A stretch of 64,000 nucleotides of DNA from Albugo candida (GCA_040437565.1 JBDOQK010000036.1:124001-188000), one strand, 5' to 3'. Shown: positions 37,353 through 48,830, counted from the stretch's first letter. Notes: generated by a model not told the origin, from the sequence alone. Numbers and translations are program-made.

Positions 37353-38341
37353 ATGAAGTATGGGTAAGTTTTGAAGGAGTACTGGCTGCGTGTAGATGCC
37401 GGGCAAAGCGTGGGTCAGTGCGGTATGTTTGAGGGTACTCGACTCAAGTACGTTAGTATTTTGTGAATTTGCGCAGAACGGACTTGAACACTGTAACTTT
37501 TACTTTTCTGTGTGTGATTTTAAGGTTTATTGTGAATGAACCTATGAAATGTCACACCGCGCTTTTGCATGCGAAGAATATAAATGAGAGAATGAGGAAC
37601 GTGCCTACATAAGTTGTACATAAGGGGGTATGGAAAAAAAGAAGAGAGTGCGACACACGTTCTATACAACGCTTCTCGATCTTTGACATTATGGATCGAT
37701 CCTTCAAGTGCGTTCCGTATTAAACGGTGCAACTATACTTTGTCATGATAATATATTGAAGTCCACGAAAAGCTACGATCGCGTAAGAAAAACAAAACTG
37801 TCGCTCTGGCTTCTTTTGTAATAGGGATCAGGCTGTTTCCTTCGAATAAGATGCACTCATCATCATAAGGAATGACGTTGCTTAGTTTCGGAGGGCTCTC
37901 AAGTGATCTAAATGAGTATAGAAGAAGCTTGTTCAGAACACCTGACGTGGACGAGGTTTTTCACTGAGCAAATTCCCTAAAAGTTGCGTCGTTTGTGAGT
38001 TAACACCCTTCCGTTAGAAGCATCTTTTATGTCAAAAAGACCGGTGACAAATAGCTACTGACTCGATCGTAACGTACAATCTGTATCAGAGCTATTTTCT
38101 TTTCTTTTCTCTGCACAACCCGAAGAAAACTAGTCAGGGAGCATCCAAAAAAATTAAGTTGGAGAAAACAACGCATGCGACAAATTTTTCATCGTATTTT
38201 CCTCTTTAGGCTCTCTTTCTGTATCATACGGAGACAAATACCAAAACTCCTCGCCTTCAGAATTACAGTATCAGAGATGCACTGTACTTACTTTATACCG
38301 GTAACGCATCTCTCTTTCGTACTTAAGTGAGGCGCCGGGTA

Positions 38342-41300
38342 ATGACGCAATACAAAGAATCGGATCTTGATGCCAATTTGTCGCCGTCAAAATCCCAACT
38401 TCCACACGTTCCAATCCGCTCCAAAGAACATCAATCAGCAGGCCGTCACTTGAACCCTGCATCTGATTCTTCCATCTTAACTATCCATAACTATAAGCAT
38501 ACTTTAGCGCAAGATCAACAAAACTTAAAATGGGTGCCAATCGTATGGGAAGGTCCCATACGTCGTAAAAGCGAGTGGATGCCGCGATGGGAAGAGCAAT
38601 TTATGCTTTTGCGGGGCCAAAAGCTTTATTTCATTGAATCCAGATCCAAATTAGACCAATGGAAAGCGTACGAAGAGCAAGTATCACTCCATTTACGCCA
38701 TTTTCGTCCAATCCAATCGGAGCAAAAACCCGACATGCAACGAAGTTCGCTTCCGTCTGTGAATTCTCTCATAAGCTCTTTGGTAACGCGGATGTACACG
38801 ATGACGCATGTGTGCATGGAAGACGTGGGGCGATTGCATGGATTCCATCTGTGTGTCCAAGAGAAGAAATCAAAGCTTCATATTGCCACAGAGACAGAAC
38901 TTGAGCGAATTGTTTGGATGCATTTGCTTTCTGCCGCTTTGCATCAGAATGCAGCCGTCTGCCAGCGCGTGGAAGAGCTTCCCGAGCGACATGTGCATGA
39001 GATGGTTTCATTGGCGTGCGTGAAGACGCTTATTGGAACAGCCATTCAAGTAAATCTCGTCTCCTTCTATCAAGCGTGGGCTGAATTGGAACATCGTCGA
39101 GGAAACTTTGCCAATGTGATTCCATTTCTGCATCCGAATGTGAGAATTACGTCCAACTACCCGCCAAGTGTTCCGATTTCCGGGGAATTTTACGGGTTGT
39201 ATGATGGCTTTCTCACATTTCTGACCACATTGCATGTGACTATGAGTATATCCCACCATCATATCAATTGCATTGTGCGTAAAGACGACCTTGCTGTGAT
39301 CAGTGGCCGTGAAAGCATCACGAATGAGAAGAATCATCGTTCTTTCCGTCATACTTGGAAGCACGCATTGAGATTCGAGAGAGATGGACGGATAAGTCAT
39401 ATTCACATTGTTGGAGATAAGACGGCTGCAGCGGTAGCATTTGGATCGCATGTGTTGGGGCCTTCGTTGGAGCTTCCTCATGATCAAGATGCGTCGACCG
39501 TGTCTTGTCCACCGGGCACGCTTCGAGTTGTATGCGTCTCTGCTAGAAATTTGACTGGTGGTAGGAAGCGGCCACTGAGTGCGTCAACAGCACTTCGATT
39601 GCATCTGACGATTGGCAAGCCACCACAATCAATTCGTAAAAGTGAATCATGCTTGACGCACCGCTCGCTGGTGGCTGCAGCAGCACAACGGGCACAGCAG
39701 CTTGTAGATAGGAGCCAGAAAGACCATGAAGGTGGTGATGCAAGCAGCGATGCCCTGGGGGCTTTGCCATTGTCTGAGCATGTTGGAGGTTTTCGTAAGG
39801 TGTATGCAACATCGGTGACAAAGAACGGGAAGGGTGGCTGTAATCCATTTTGGGCTGAAAGGATTGATGTCCCGCTGAGCGGATACGTTCCTGGAGCGAT
39901 TTCATGTCTTTTTGTCGAAGTGTGGACGGTCGCGTTGCTTGGTGACGAGCTCATTAGATGCACAAAAGTTAATTTGGCCGAGTTTTTCCTAAAAAGCGTG
40001 TCTGATGATCAAGCAGAGGTGGCAAAGGCTGTGCTTCCTCAATGGTACAACTTGTACCATCCAGATCATGCAGAATTTTTGGCAAGAAGTGCTCCTCCAA
40101 CGTCGACTGAAAGTTGCGGGCAGATACAACTGAGTGTCAGTTTCTCTCCATACGCTCACGAAACGGCCTCTCCGGAGCGAGTTGCAGAAGGCGATTTCGA
40201 GCTGAGAGAACCGGATGTGACTAAGGATACGTCAGATTCAATTCGAACAAGTGTACATCGATTGGAACAGCTCTATTCACTTGTCCAGGATGATACGGAA
40301 GTTGGAGAGGAAGGTTGTGAAACGATACCTTCTCTGAGTAAGGAAGCAGAGTCCGAGCGATGGAAGGATGACTTTCACACATTCACAGTTGCTTCGACGA
40401 GATTCCAGGTATATCGGCGATATCAGCTAATTCGTCCGATTGGACATGGCGCCTACGGTGTGGTCATTGCTGCGAGTGATCAAATCTCTGGCAATTCGGT
40501 CGCTATAAAAAATATTCCGAAAACATTCGACGATTTGGTGGATGCTAAACGAATAGTTCGTGAGATCCGACTGATGCGTCATTTGAAACATCCGAATATC
40601 ATCTCCGCACTCGATGTGATGCGGCCGCCTTCGATCGTTGACTTTGATGATACTTACATTGTCACTGAACTGATGGAAACGGATCTTCACCGCGTCATCA
40701 ACTCTAAAGAACCGCTGTCCAGCGATCAAATCGCTTACATGACATACCAAATGCTCTGTGCGCTACGATACATGCACTCGGCTCAAGTCATCCATCGAGA
40801 TATAAAGCCTTCCAATATATTGGTGAATCGTGATTGTCTTATCAAAATTTGCGATTTTGGACTTGCTCGTGGCTTCAGTTATAACGATCAGGATCCGGAT
40901 GAATCGATGGACACAAATCTCGCTTTGACTGAATACGTTGTAACGCGATGGTATCGTGCGCCTGAGCTGTTGTTGGCTAGTCGATACAGCACAGTCATTG
41001 ACGTTTGGGCTGTCGGATGTATCCTTGTCGAAATGTTCACTCGAAAAGCGCTTTTCCCTGGTCATGATCACGTGCACCAGCTAAGCTTGATTCTGCAGCT
41101 TGTTGGTTCACCAAAATCACCAGAAGAGGTGGATTTCGTCACGAATCAGAAGGCGAGACGTTGGATCGCCAAGCAGCCACATTACGATAAGAAGTTGTTG
41201 ACATCTGTGTGTCCATCTGCATCGGAACAAGCGATTGATTTGATGAATAAACTGCTGCGCTTTGATCCTCGACAGCGAATCTCCATCGATAAAGCCATAG

Positions 41301-41578
41301 CTCATCCGTTTCTCGCGCCTTTTCGGAGCCCTGAAATCTCGGAGAGCCTTGCTGATACTGTTTTCGACTTTGGTTTTGAACATCCCGAATCGGGACAGTC
41401 GGAATTGACTCAACAAATGCTGCGGCAGCTGATTTTCGAGGATGTTTGTGCGTTTCATCCAGAAGCAATGAGTGAGCTAGACGAGTACATTCGGAAAAGA
41501 CAGTCATCTTTAGTGCCGGAGGAACCTTTGGACGTTTTCGAAGACACGCGCGAGGAGAGTAGCGATGTCGTATCTTGA
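38342..41578 (+). CDS. MAP kinase (TEY) with N-terminal PH, SnoaL/NTF2-like and C2 domains
   Basis: Kinase motifs IGHGAYGVV, VAIK, HRDIKPSN, DFGLAR, LTEYVVTRWYRAPE. PH: WEGPIRRKS..W...WMHLL. C2: GTLRVVCVSARNL...NPFWAE...GQIQLSVSF. First ATG at 38342. Confidence 0.93.
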   Translation: MTQYKESDLDANLSPSKSQLPHVPIRSKEHQSAGRHLNPASDSSILTIHNYKHTLAQDQQNLKWVPIVWEGPIRRKSEWMPRWEEQFMLLRGQKLYFIESRSKLDQWKAYEEQVSLHLRHFRPIQSEQKPDMQRSSLPSVNSLISSLVTRMYTMTHVCMEDVGRLHGFHLCVQEKKSKLHIATETELERIVWMHLLSAALHQNAAVCQRVEELPERHVHEMVSLACVKTLIGTAIQVNLVSFYQAWAELEHRRGNFANVIPFLHPNVRITSNYPPSVPISGEFYGLYDGFLTFLTTLHVTMSISHHHINCIVRKDDLAVISGRESITNEKNHRSFRHTWKHALRFERDGRISHIHIVGDKTAAAVAFGSHVLGPSLELPHDQDASTVSCPPGTLRVVCVSARNLTGGRKRPLSASTALRLHLTIGKPPQSIRKSESCLTHRSLVAAAAQRAQQLVDRSQKDHEGGDASSDALGALPLSEHVGGFRKVYATSVTKNGKGGCNPFWAERIDVPLSGYVPGAISCLFVEVWTVALLGDELIRCTKVNLAEFFLKSVSDDQAEVAKAVLPQWYNLYHPDHAEFLARSAPPTSTESCGQIQLSVSFSPYAHETASPERVAEGDFELREPDVTKDTSDSIRTSVHRLEQLYSLVQDDTEVGEEGCETIPSLSKEAESERWKDDFHTFTVASTRFQVYRRYQLIRPIGHGAYGVVIAASDQISGNSVAIKNIPKTFDDLVDAKRIVREIRLMRHLKHPNIISALDVMRPPSIVDFDDTYIVTELMETDLHRVINSKEPLSSDQIAYMTYQMLCALRYMHSAQVIHRDIKPSNILVNRDCLIKICDFGLARGFSYNDQDPDESMDTNLALTEYVVTRWYRAPELLLASRYSTVIDVWAVGCILVEMFTRKALFPGHDHVHQLSLILQLVGSPKSPEEVDFVTNQKARRWIAKQPHYDKKLLTSVCPSASEQAIDLMNKLLRFDPRQRISIDKAIAHPFLAPFRSPEISESLADTVFDFGFEHPESGQSELTQQMLRQLIFEDVCAFHPEAMSELDEYIRKRQSSLVPEEPLDVFEDTREESSDVVS

Positions 41579-41690
41579 ACGACTTAATTCAGAATGGTTG
41601 CTTCCGAGTCGTGAGAGCCCGATCTGTCGAGAAGGATGCAAAGGTGGAGTTTTGTGCTAGATTGTGAGCGCGTGATTGTAGTGTCGAGAA

Positions 41691-44471
41691 TCATGGGCAA
41701 TTTTTGTTGGAGGAAGTCTGAGGTCCGCAGACTTTGATTTTGTTGGGACGTTGGCGTGACTTGGTCTTGCAGCACATCAAGTCGGTGATATTGCCAGTTG
41801 TGCTCTTCTTGTGGAGCCGTCGAGATAATTGTGACGCTTGGAGTGAATTATCAGCCCATTCGTGGGCTTCACGACACAACTTGCAAGTGCATCCTTTTTT
41901 GCATAAAGATGGAAGACAAGATACTCCATCTTGAGACGAAGCGTTTGTAATCTTCGTTATGTGTGAAAGAGAGACCCAGGGTTTCTCGATGGCATGATAG
42001 ATTGGAAACCGTTGTTTTCGTACTGCTTTCATATTCCACTGGTGACTTTCAATCAATGCAGTACGCAATGTCCTTAAATTGTCGACAGCAATCCGTTTCC
42101 ATCGGTCCTCTAGAAGCTCCAATATCACTACTTCTGATTGACACATATACACAGTTGACGTGTGATTGCTCATCGCTGAATTTTGTTCAAGATGGCAATC
42201 GCACTCTTCTGAATCATCCAACTTTGCGTGTAGATTCCCCGTCAAAAAAAAGCCATGTTGCCCGATCGTTGCCACACGCACGAGTCCTTCTTTGTCAATA
42301 TGTTGTGTTTCCAGACTGTTGACAGACCCGGGTTGTTTACTCCTTTTAAAAGCATCTCTGCTGTTGAGGCTTTGGTCATCCATTATACGGCAGGAAGATG
42401 CTTCCACAATCGGTCGTCGAAGATAGACGCCTACTTCACCGCTCTGTACAATAAAGAGCGAGTTGGAAGCGTGAGGAAATGCATGCCGAGCATCGCAAAT
42501 TTTTTCTTGCGCATCATAAGCCAGACGAACGCAATGCATGAAATCGCACTGAGCCATGAAACTGACTTTGGTTAAACCTCGAGCTCGATCGACCATAGCA
42601 TGACGAAGGGATACTTCGGGTAAAGCCTTGCGGAGGCATTCGATGTGTGGTCGCTCGATCACAAGCAAGTCACTATCACAAGCTGCGACGGCTGAAGCTG
42701 AACGAGGAAGCGATGCTGCTAGCGCAAGCTCTCCAAATACGGAACCGGCCGGTAATGTAGCTAAGATTACTTGTGGCTTCTTAGCATCTGTACACTCGGC
42801 GCCCGTCGAGTTTTCTGCTAGACCGCGACGAATCGGTGCGTCTTCGGACACAATGTGTACACTCCCGCAGAGAATAAGGAATGCTTTGTTTTCAACTTTG
42901 CCTTGCTCAAATATAATGGTGTTTTTCTGAGTATGAATAAATCCAATATACTTGGACAATTCAAGTGCCACTTTGCGTTGCTCCATCTGACGAGGGATAT
43001 TGAAATTTTTAAGAAGTATGGTTGTATCCAGCACACGTGCGATGAAATTCACATCCGCGATAGTCCGCATACTAGGCGCAAGCGTGAGAATTCTACGAGC
43101 CTCGGATCGTAACATGCTCAGTGAAGGCAAAGCCGATATTCCACATATGGCACGTAAAGTGATGGGATCAAAATAAGATGAAAGTTGACACTTCTGGTTT
43201 AATTCGCGAAGAACTGTTGAGTAGATGTTGTCACCATTAAGCTTTTCATTATATGCTGTTTGGAAGGTCTTGAGAAATTTGACAAGGTGATGAGATACTT
43301 TCGGATTTGTAAGATGAAGATTCCGAGCATTGCGGGCCAAGTTCCATTCTGCTGCGAGAAAAGTTGCAATGGCGTCTTCTGCGTCGGAATCTACTTGCGT
43401 ATTTCCGAGTCGTAGACAGTTGTGGTACATTTCGCGCGTGAATACCATACATATAACTTTATCTAAGCCGTCGCATTTGGTGTGTAAATCAGAAGGAAGC
43501 CGTTTATGATACCTATGACTGTTGACACTTGCGTTTGCTGATGATATGGCAATCACATGAGCTGTTCGAGAGCGATTCAATAGACCCATCTCTCCAATAC
43601 AACAAATGTCGTGTTTTTCGGCCACGACAACTGAGCGTACCTTAAATAAGGGAGCGGTTGCTTCCGTGTCCAATCCCAAGCCATCGATTTCTTCAAGATT
43701 CGCTTCTATGCTCGAGTCTTCCTCCTCGGGAATGATTTCGTCATAACACACTTTTACGGAGCCTTGGACCAATACGTACATTTTATCATCTTTATCGTGC
43801 TGCCGGCAGATTGCTTCGCCTTCCTCAAAAAATCTTAACGAGCAATGATTAATCAAGTATTGATGCTGCTGAGAAGAAAGATGCTTGAGAATACCGCAGG
43901 ACCCGAGTGTATTCTCCAAGCGAAGTTGACAGCGAAACCAGAGAAGTAGGAGTAATTCATCAAATAAAGCCAAAGCTTCATGCTGACGAATAACATAACA
44001 AGAGGCACCATCTGCTCCTAAAGCTACAGCGTTGACTTCGCTTGGCCCGACTCCAAAAAGGCTCATTTCTCCAAAACACTCGAATGGCTCATACGTCCAG
44101 ACATTTATTTCTGCTTTACCTGCACTCATAGCTGCCATTCGCGCTACGACCGCATTGAAAGAGTTTTGGCTGTTCCATTGGCGTTGTGTCAATCCAACCT
44201 GACCAGATTCGACAAAATAAATAGCTTTTTCAAGGTTTCCTTGTCTGAATATGTTTTCACCCTCACGAAATACAATAGGTTCCAATGCAGTGACCAATTC
44301 AGATTCATGTTCTGGATTATGCAAAAGAAGTTGTTGCAGTACGGGAACACGTTCGAGAAGTGTCAGCTTCTTATCGAGTATGTTGATGTGATATGTTGAT
44401 GCACGAAAACTCTGCGCTCCTTTCAGTTCACTCATTCTTGGGCGTCGTGGTGACACATGCGGAAGCACCAT
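41691..44471 (-). CDS. Multi cyclic-nucleotide-binding domain protein (about 4 CNB domains)
   Basis: Repeated F..GE.IFRQG...YF...G.V and FGE motifs: CFGEMSL, CIGEMGLLNRSRTAHV, VFGELALAASLPRSASAVA, plus a degenerate fourth domain. No kinase or TM region seen. Confidence 0.85.
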   Translation of the reverse strand: MVLPHVSPRRPRMSELKGAQSFRASTYHINILDKKLTLLERVPVLQQLLLHNPEHESELVTALEPIVFREGENIFRQGNLEKAIYFVESGQVGLTQRQWNSQNSFNAVVARMAAMSAGKAEINVWTYEPFECFGEMSLFGVGPSEVNAVALGADGASCYVIRQHEALALFDELLLLLWFRCQLRLENTLGSCGILKHLSSQQHQYLINHCSLRFFEEGEAICRQHDKDDKMYVLVQGSVKVCYDEIIPEEEDSSIEANLEEIDGLGLDTEATAPLFKVRSVVVAEKHDICCIGEMGLLNRSRTAHVIAISSANASVNSHRYHKRLPSDLHTKCDGLDKVICMVFTREMYHNCLRLGNTQVDSDAEDAIATFLAAEWNLARNARNLHLTNPKVSHHLVKFLKTFQTAYNEKLNGDNIYSTVLRELNQKCQLSSYFDPITLRAICGISALPSLSMLRSEARRILTLAPSMRTIADVNFIARVLDTTILLKNFNIPRQMEQRKVALELSKYIGFIHTQKNTIIFEQGKVENKAFLILCGSVHIVSEDAPIRRGLAENSTGAECTDAKKPQVILATLPAGSVFGELALAASLPRSASAVAACDSDLLVIERPHIECLRKALPEVSLRHAMVDRARGLTKVSFMAQCDFMHCVRLAYDAQEKICDARHAFPHASNSLFIVQSGEVGVYLRRPIVEASSCRIMDDQSLNSRDAFKRSKQPGSVNSLETQHIDKEGLVRVATIGQHGFFLTGNLHAKLDDSEECDCHLEQNSAMSNHTSTVYMCQSEVVILELLEDRWKRIAVDNLRTLRTALIESHQWNMKAVRKQRFPIYHAIEKPWVSLSHITKITNASSQDGVSCLPSLCKKGCTCKLCREAHEWADNSLQASQLSRRLHKKSTTGNITDLMCCKTKSRQRPNKIKVCGPQTSSNKNCP

Positions 44472-45117
44472 CGCGTCTTCGTCCAATGACCGACTGATTA
44501 ATTATTCGTCGGACCATGAGCCACAGCAAATCACAATTTAAGTGCATCTAAAAATAATTGCATCGTTGGTTTAGCTTTATTTAACCGTACCGTGAGATTT
44601 TTGTTTTGTTCTGTTCAAGAAAACCGGTTTCATTCATGGATCATGTCCTTCGATATTAAGTTGAAGTTTGCTTAGAATGGCAATTACCTGCGATTATCAA
44701 CTACTTACATCTATCTGCATATTCGATCGATATGTGCATGCTTTTTTCTACTTTGCCGATATGATGCGAGAAAAAGCAGCTGTTACGTGTGCGGTGTAGA
44801 AGTCAGATCTGCAAATGAAGAAGAGCAACATTCGGACCGTGAGACTGTTGCCTCTGTTAACCCTGATTACCGAGACCATTAAAAATTTACTTCTAGCCAC
44901 CACCGACCTTCTCCCATATTTGGAGAAAAAAATGCGTTGGACACATGTCAATGTAATTGCGTTACACCATTTACACAATCTCGTTACAACTGATCAACTA
45001 TAGAAAAGTTTAACGATACACGATTTCTTCTCTCCGATTAGGGTTAACAATACCCTTCCCCTAGCTCAAGTTGTTCAATTTGAGTCAGAAGTTTAAAATA
45101 CGATTTGATCGTACACC

Positions 45118-45907
45118 ATGGCGGTTGCGACGGTACCAACGATATTAAGATCTCCTTCTCCTGACCGACCAGGTAGCTAGCTCCATGTAACATCTGTCTC
45201 ATCCCACATCTGAACTCTCCTTGTTTTTGTCAGTGATCATTTTGGACTGGGACGATACACTTTTACCAACATCGGCGCTAACACATTTGGGAATCGCCGG
45301 GGATGATTCGCATCGCGCAACCTCACTTTTCGAAGAGGTATGTAATTGCCAAACTGGCCCCATCGTGCCTGAACTAAGTATTGAATTGTAGGATCGAATC
45401 GCTTTGGATCTCCTGAGTGCGCAAGTCAAATTGTTTCTTGAGAGATGTATCGAATCCGCGGAATGCTACATTATAACCAATTCGGAGGACGGATGGGTCC
45501 ACAGATCATGCAAATTATTTATCCCAGATGTGCTACCGCTGCTTGAGTGCATTCCCGTCATTTCCGCTTGCAGCAAATACGCATTGCAGTATCCATGGAG
45601 ACCATTACAGTGGAAGATAGCTGCATTCCGCGACCTCTTATTAGATTACAGCCCAGATCACCCACAACATGATGAATCCAATGCGTTCCGACACATCATA
45701 GCGTTTGGTGATGCCGACTCAGATCGTGAGGCGATACACACCGTAGGTGGACGCATGAAAAACTGCATAGTCAAGTCGATTCAATTTGTACCAAATCCTG
45801 ATTTGCAACAATTACACAAGCAATTGAGCTGGATGAACAAATTCATGGACGAGCTCCAAATGCATCCAAAACCACTGGATCTTGTAATTTCAAAGAAAAT
45901 GTTATGA
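45118..45907 (+). CDS. HAD-superfamily-like protein (DWDDTLLP family), 3 exons
   Basis: VIILDWDDTLLPTS (motif I), IITNSEDGWV (motif II), WKIAAF, AFGDADSDREA (motif IV). Confidence 0.75.
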
Positions 45908-46232
45908 TATCCGCAATCCTTGCAAGCAATTTCAGCGCCTATCATCCACATACCGAACTAACTATCTATACAATTGAATAGAAATACAACGAAGCATCAA
46001 TCTCACATTAAAATAAGAGGTGGAAATATATATATCTGATGACATACTCAAGTGTTTAATTCACATTAATACCGGCCATTGATTCTGACAGTACCTCGCT
46101 GAATAATGATTCTACAATAGCCCTCTAAATCCACTACCCTCCCACATTCTATATATACAGCCATCTTTGCTTACTCCCTCCTAAACCTTTTGGCGCGCAA
46201 CATACAAAAAAGTCAACCACAAGTGCAACGCG

Positions 46233-48671
46233 ATGGATTGGGATGTTGGTCGCGTTACTGCGATGAGTGCAGAAGGAGAAATGCAGTCGCCTGTTAAAAA
46301 CAACCAAAATCTATCGCTTCATGATGTACAAATTCGATTTCGCGATTTCTTACGAAATTTCCGCGTGGGAACAATCTTCCACTATCGAGAGCAAATGCTT
46401 GGAAACTATCGTCGAAAATTATTTTTCTGCACGGTTCATCTCACCCATTTGGGCGTCTACGATTCAATACTACAAGACTTGCTGCTTCAGAATCCAAAAG
46501 AGCATTTGTTTTCACTCGAAGTCGCTGCAAAACACACATTGAAGCAAATTCTACGAATACAGACCTCAGACGTCAATTCCAGCGCATCTCTGAGTCAGGA
46601 AAGCAGTCAGAATACATCAACACAGGCTCATGTACCCGACATTCAGGTGATTCTCAATAGTGATCAAGTTCCATCGGCGTTGCGCCAAGTCCATACTCAC
46701 GAGATCAATCGGTTGATTAAGGTATCGCCACAAGTGGAGAAAACGGGTCATTTCTTCTTATTAGCGAATGTCTTTAGGTTCCTGGAATTGTGATCAGTGC
46801 CACTCGAGTACGCACAAAGTGCACTTTGGCGACGTTGAAATGTCGAAATTGCGGAAATGTGAAGCGTGTACCAGTTGCTGGACTTGGTGGCATCAACATC
46901 CCTCGTATTTGTGACCGGAATTTGGAAGAGCGCGGTCAGCAACAAACCATGAGCACGGAATCATGCCCAAAAGACTCGTACATGATCGTTCCGGATCGAT
47001 GTGAATATGTGGATCAACAAACGCTGAAAATACAAGAAAGCCCTGAGGTGGTACCCACAGGAGAAATGCCAAGAAATATCGCTGTTGTTACAGATCGTAA
47101 TCTCGTGGATAAAGCATCACCAGGCACACGAGTGTCGATTATTGGCATAACGTCTGTCGTGAACGCTTCCACAAAGCAACCTGGATCGGCCCTCCGTACA
47201 ATCTACCTTCGTGTCGTGGGAATTCAGGCAAGATTGCTCCCATTCACCCCTTGTTTACTAAAGATGATATCTCGGGATTATAGTTTGACGAAGACGGGGC
47301 AGGACGAGCAAGAATCAGTTTTTCTCCAGCCGAAGAAGAACAGTTTCATGAAATGGCGCGCGATCAAGATTTATACAGCAAGTTGGCAAATAGTATCGCT
47401 CCATCCATTTATGGAGAATACACGAATGATATAAAGAAAGCCATCGCTTGTCTCTTAGTTGGTGGCTCTCGGAAACGGCTGCCTGATGGAATGATCGTAC
47501 GTAGTGCATTCCCTTCCCAATAGACTACTGATTCACGAGTTTTTCTTCTTTTCTTCAGCTTCGTGGGGATATCAATGTGCTATTACTTGGCGATCCATCC
47601 ACCGCCAAAAGCCAATTTCTCAAATTTACTGAAAAGGTCGCACCTATTGGCATATACACTTCTGGTAAAGGGAGTAGTGCAGCCGGTCTCACCGCCTCCG
47701 TCATAAAAGATTCTCGCGGTGAATTCTACCTCGAAGGTGGCGCCATGGTTCTCGCCGATGGTGGAGTCGTGTGTATCGATGAATTCGATAAAATGCGAGA
47801 ATCTGATCGAGTTGCTATCCACGAAGCTATGGAACAGCAAACCATTTCAATCGCAAAAGCAGGAATCACAACAATTCTCAACTCTCGAACATCTGTTTTA
47901 GCAGCAGCAAATCCTGTCTTTGGTCGTTATGATGATATGCGTAGCGCATCAGAGAATATTGATTTGATGAGCACAATTCTTTCAAGATTTGACATGATCT
48001 TCATCGTGCGAGACATACAAGATGATGTTCGCGACCGACAGATTGCAGCTCATGTGGTTCGTATTCACACAAACGCAACGTCCAATCGAATGACCGGCAA
48101 TGACAAACGTGATGGCGTCTTTGATGGCGACGATCAAGAAACCGAGTATCCACCATGGCTCATCAAAAAGTTTATCACTTATTGTCGTGCTCGATGCTCG
48201 CCTCGTCTATCGCCTGTGGCCACACAGGCTCTGCAAGATTTCTACGTGACAGTTCGAGATGACATCCGTCAGCGTCGTGCATCTGAAAACACAATTCCCG
48301 TTACAGTGAGACAGCTTGAAGCGCTGGTCAGAATCTCGGAATCATTGGCGAAAATGAAGCTTCAGAGAGACGTGACCGAAGCTCACGTTCGCGAAGCAAT
48401 CCGTTTATTCACTGTATCGACCATGAACGCCGCTCGAGACGGCGGCACTCAAGGACTCTTCACGGGATTCCACCAAAAAGCACAAGAAGTAGAGCAAAGT
48501 ATTTTACGAACGCTCCGTATTGGCTCTCGCGTCGAAACAAACACAATGTATCAGCGTCTTGAGGCTCAAGGGTACAATCCAAATGCCATTCAACGCGCGA
48601 TCCGTGCAATGGTTCAGAAAGGAAGCTTACGTCAGCTTCATCAGTACCGATTCATCGCGCGGATCAAATAG
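46233..48671 (+). CDS. MCM5: DNA replication licensing factor MCM5 (4 exons, one GC-AG intron)
   Basis: GDPSTAKSQFLKF, YTSGKGSSAAGLTASV, IDEFDKMRESDRVAIHEAMEQQTISIAKAG, SRFD, GEMPR. Confidence 0.96.
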
Positions 48672-48830
48672 AGGATTTGAATGGGAGCATTGGATTGGCT
48701 GGACTCCTTCTGCTGACTCTAGAAGCAGCTTCTTATCGGTCACCATAAAGAAATCGTTTCTCTGTGAATAGCGTGCCACACTCCGTTTTGGGGTTATTTA
48801 GTGTGCTGTTCACACTAAATTTACTTGGGC

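Noticed and set aside
45038-45043. TTAGGG telomere-like hexamer
   Set aside because: Single copy, no array.
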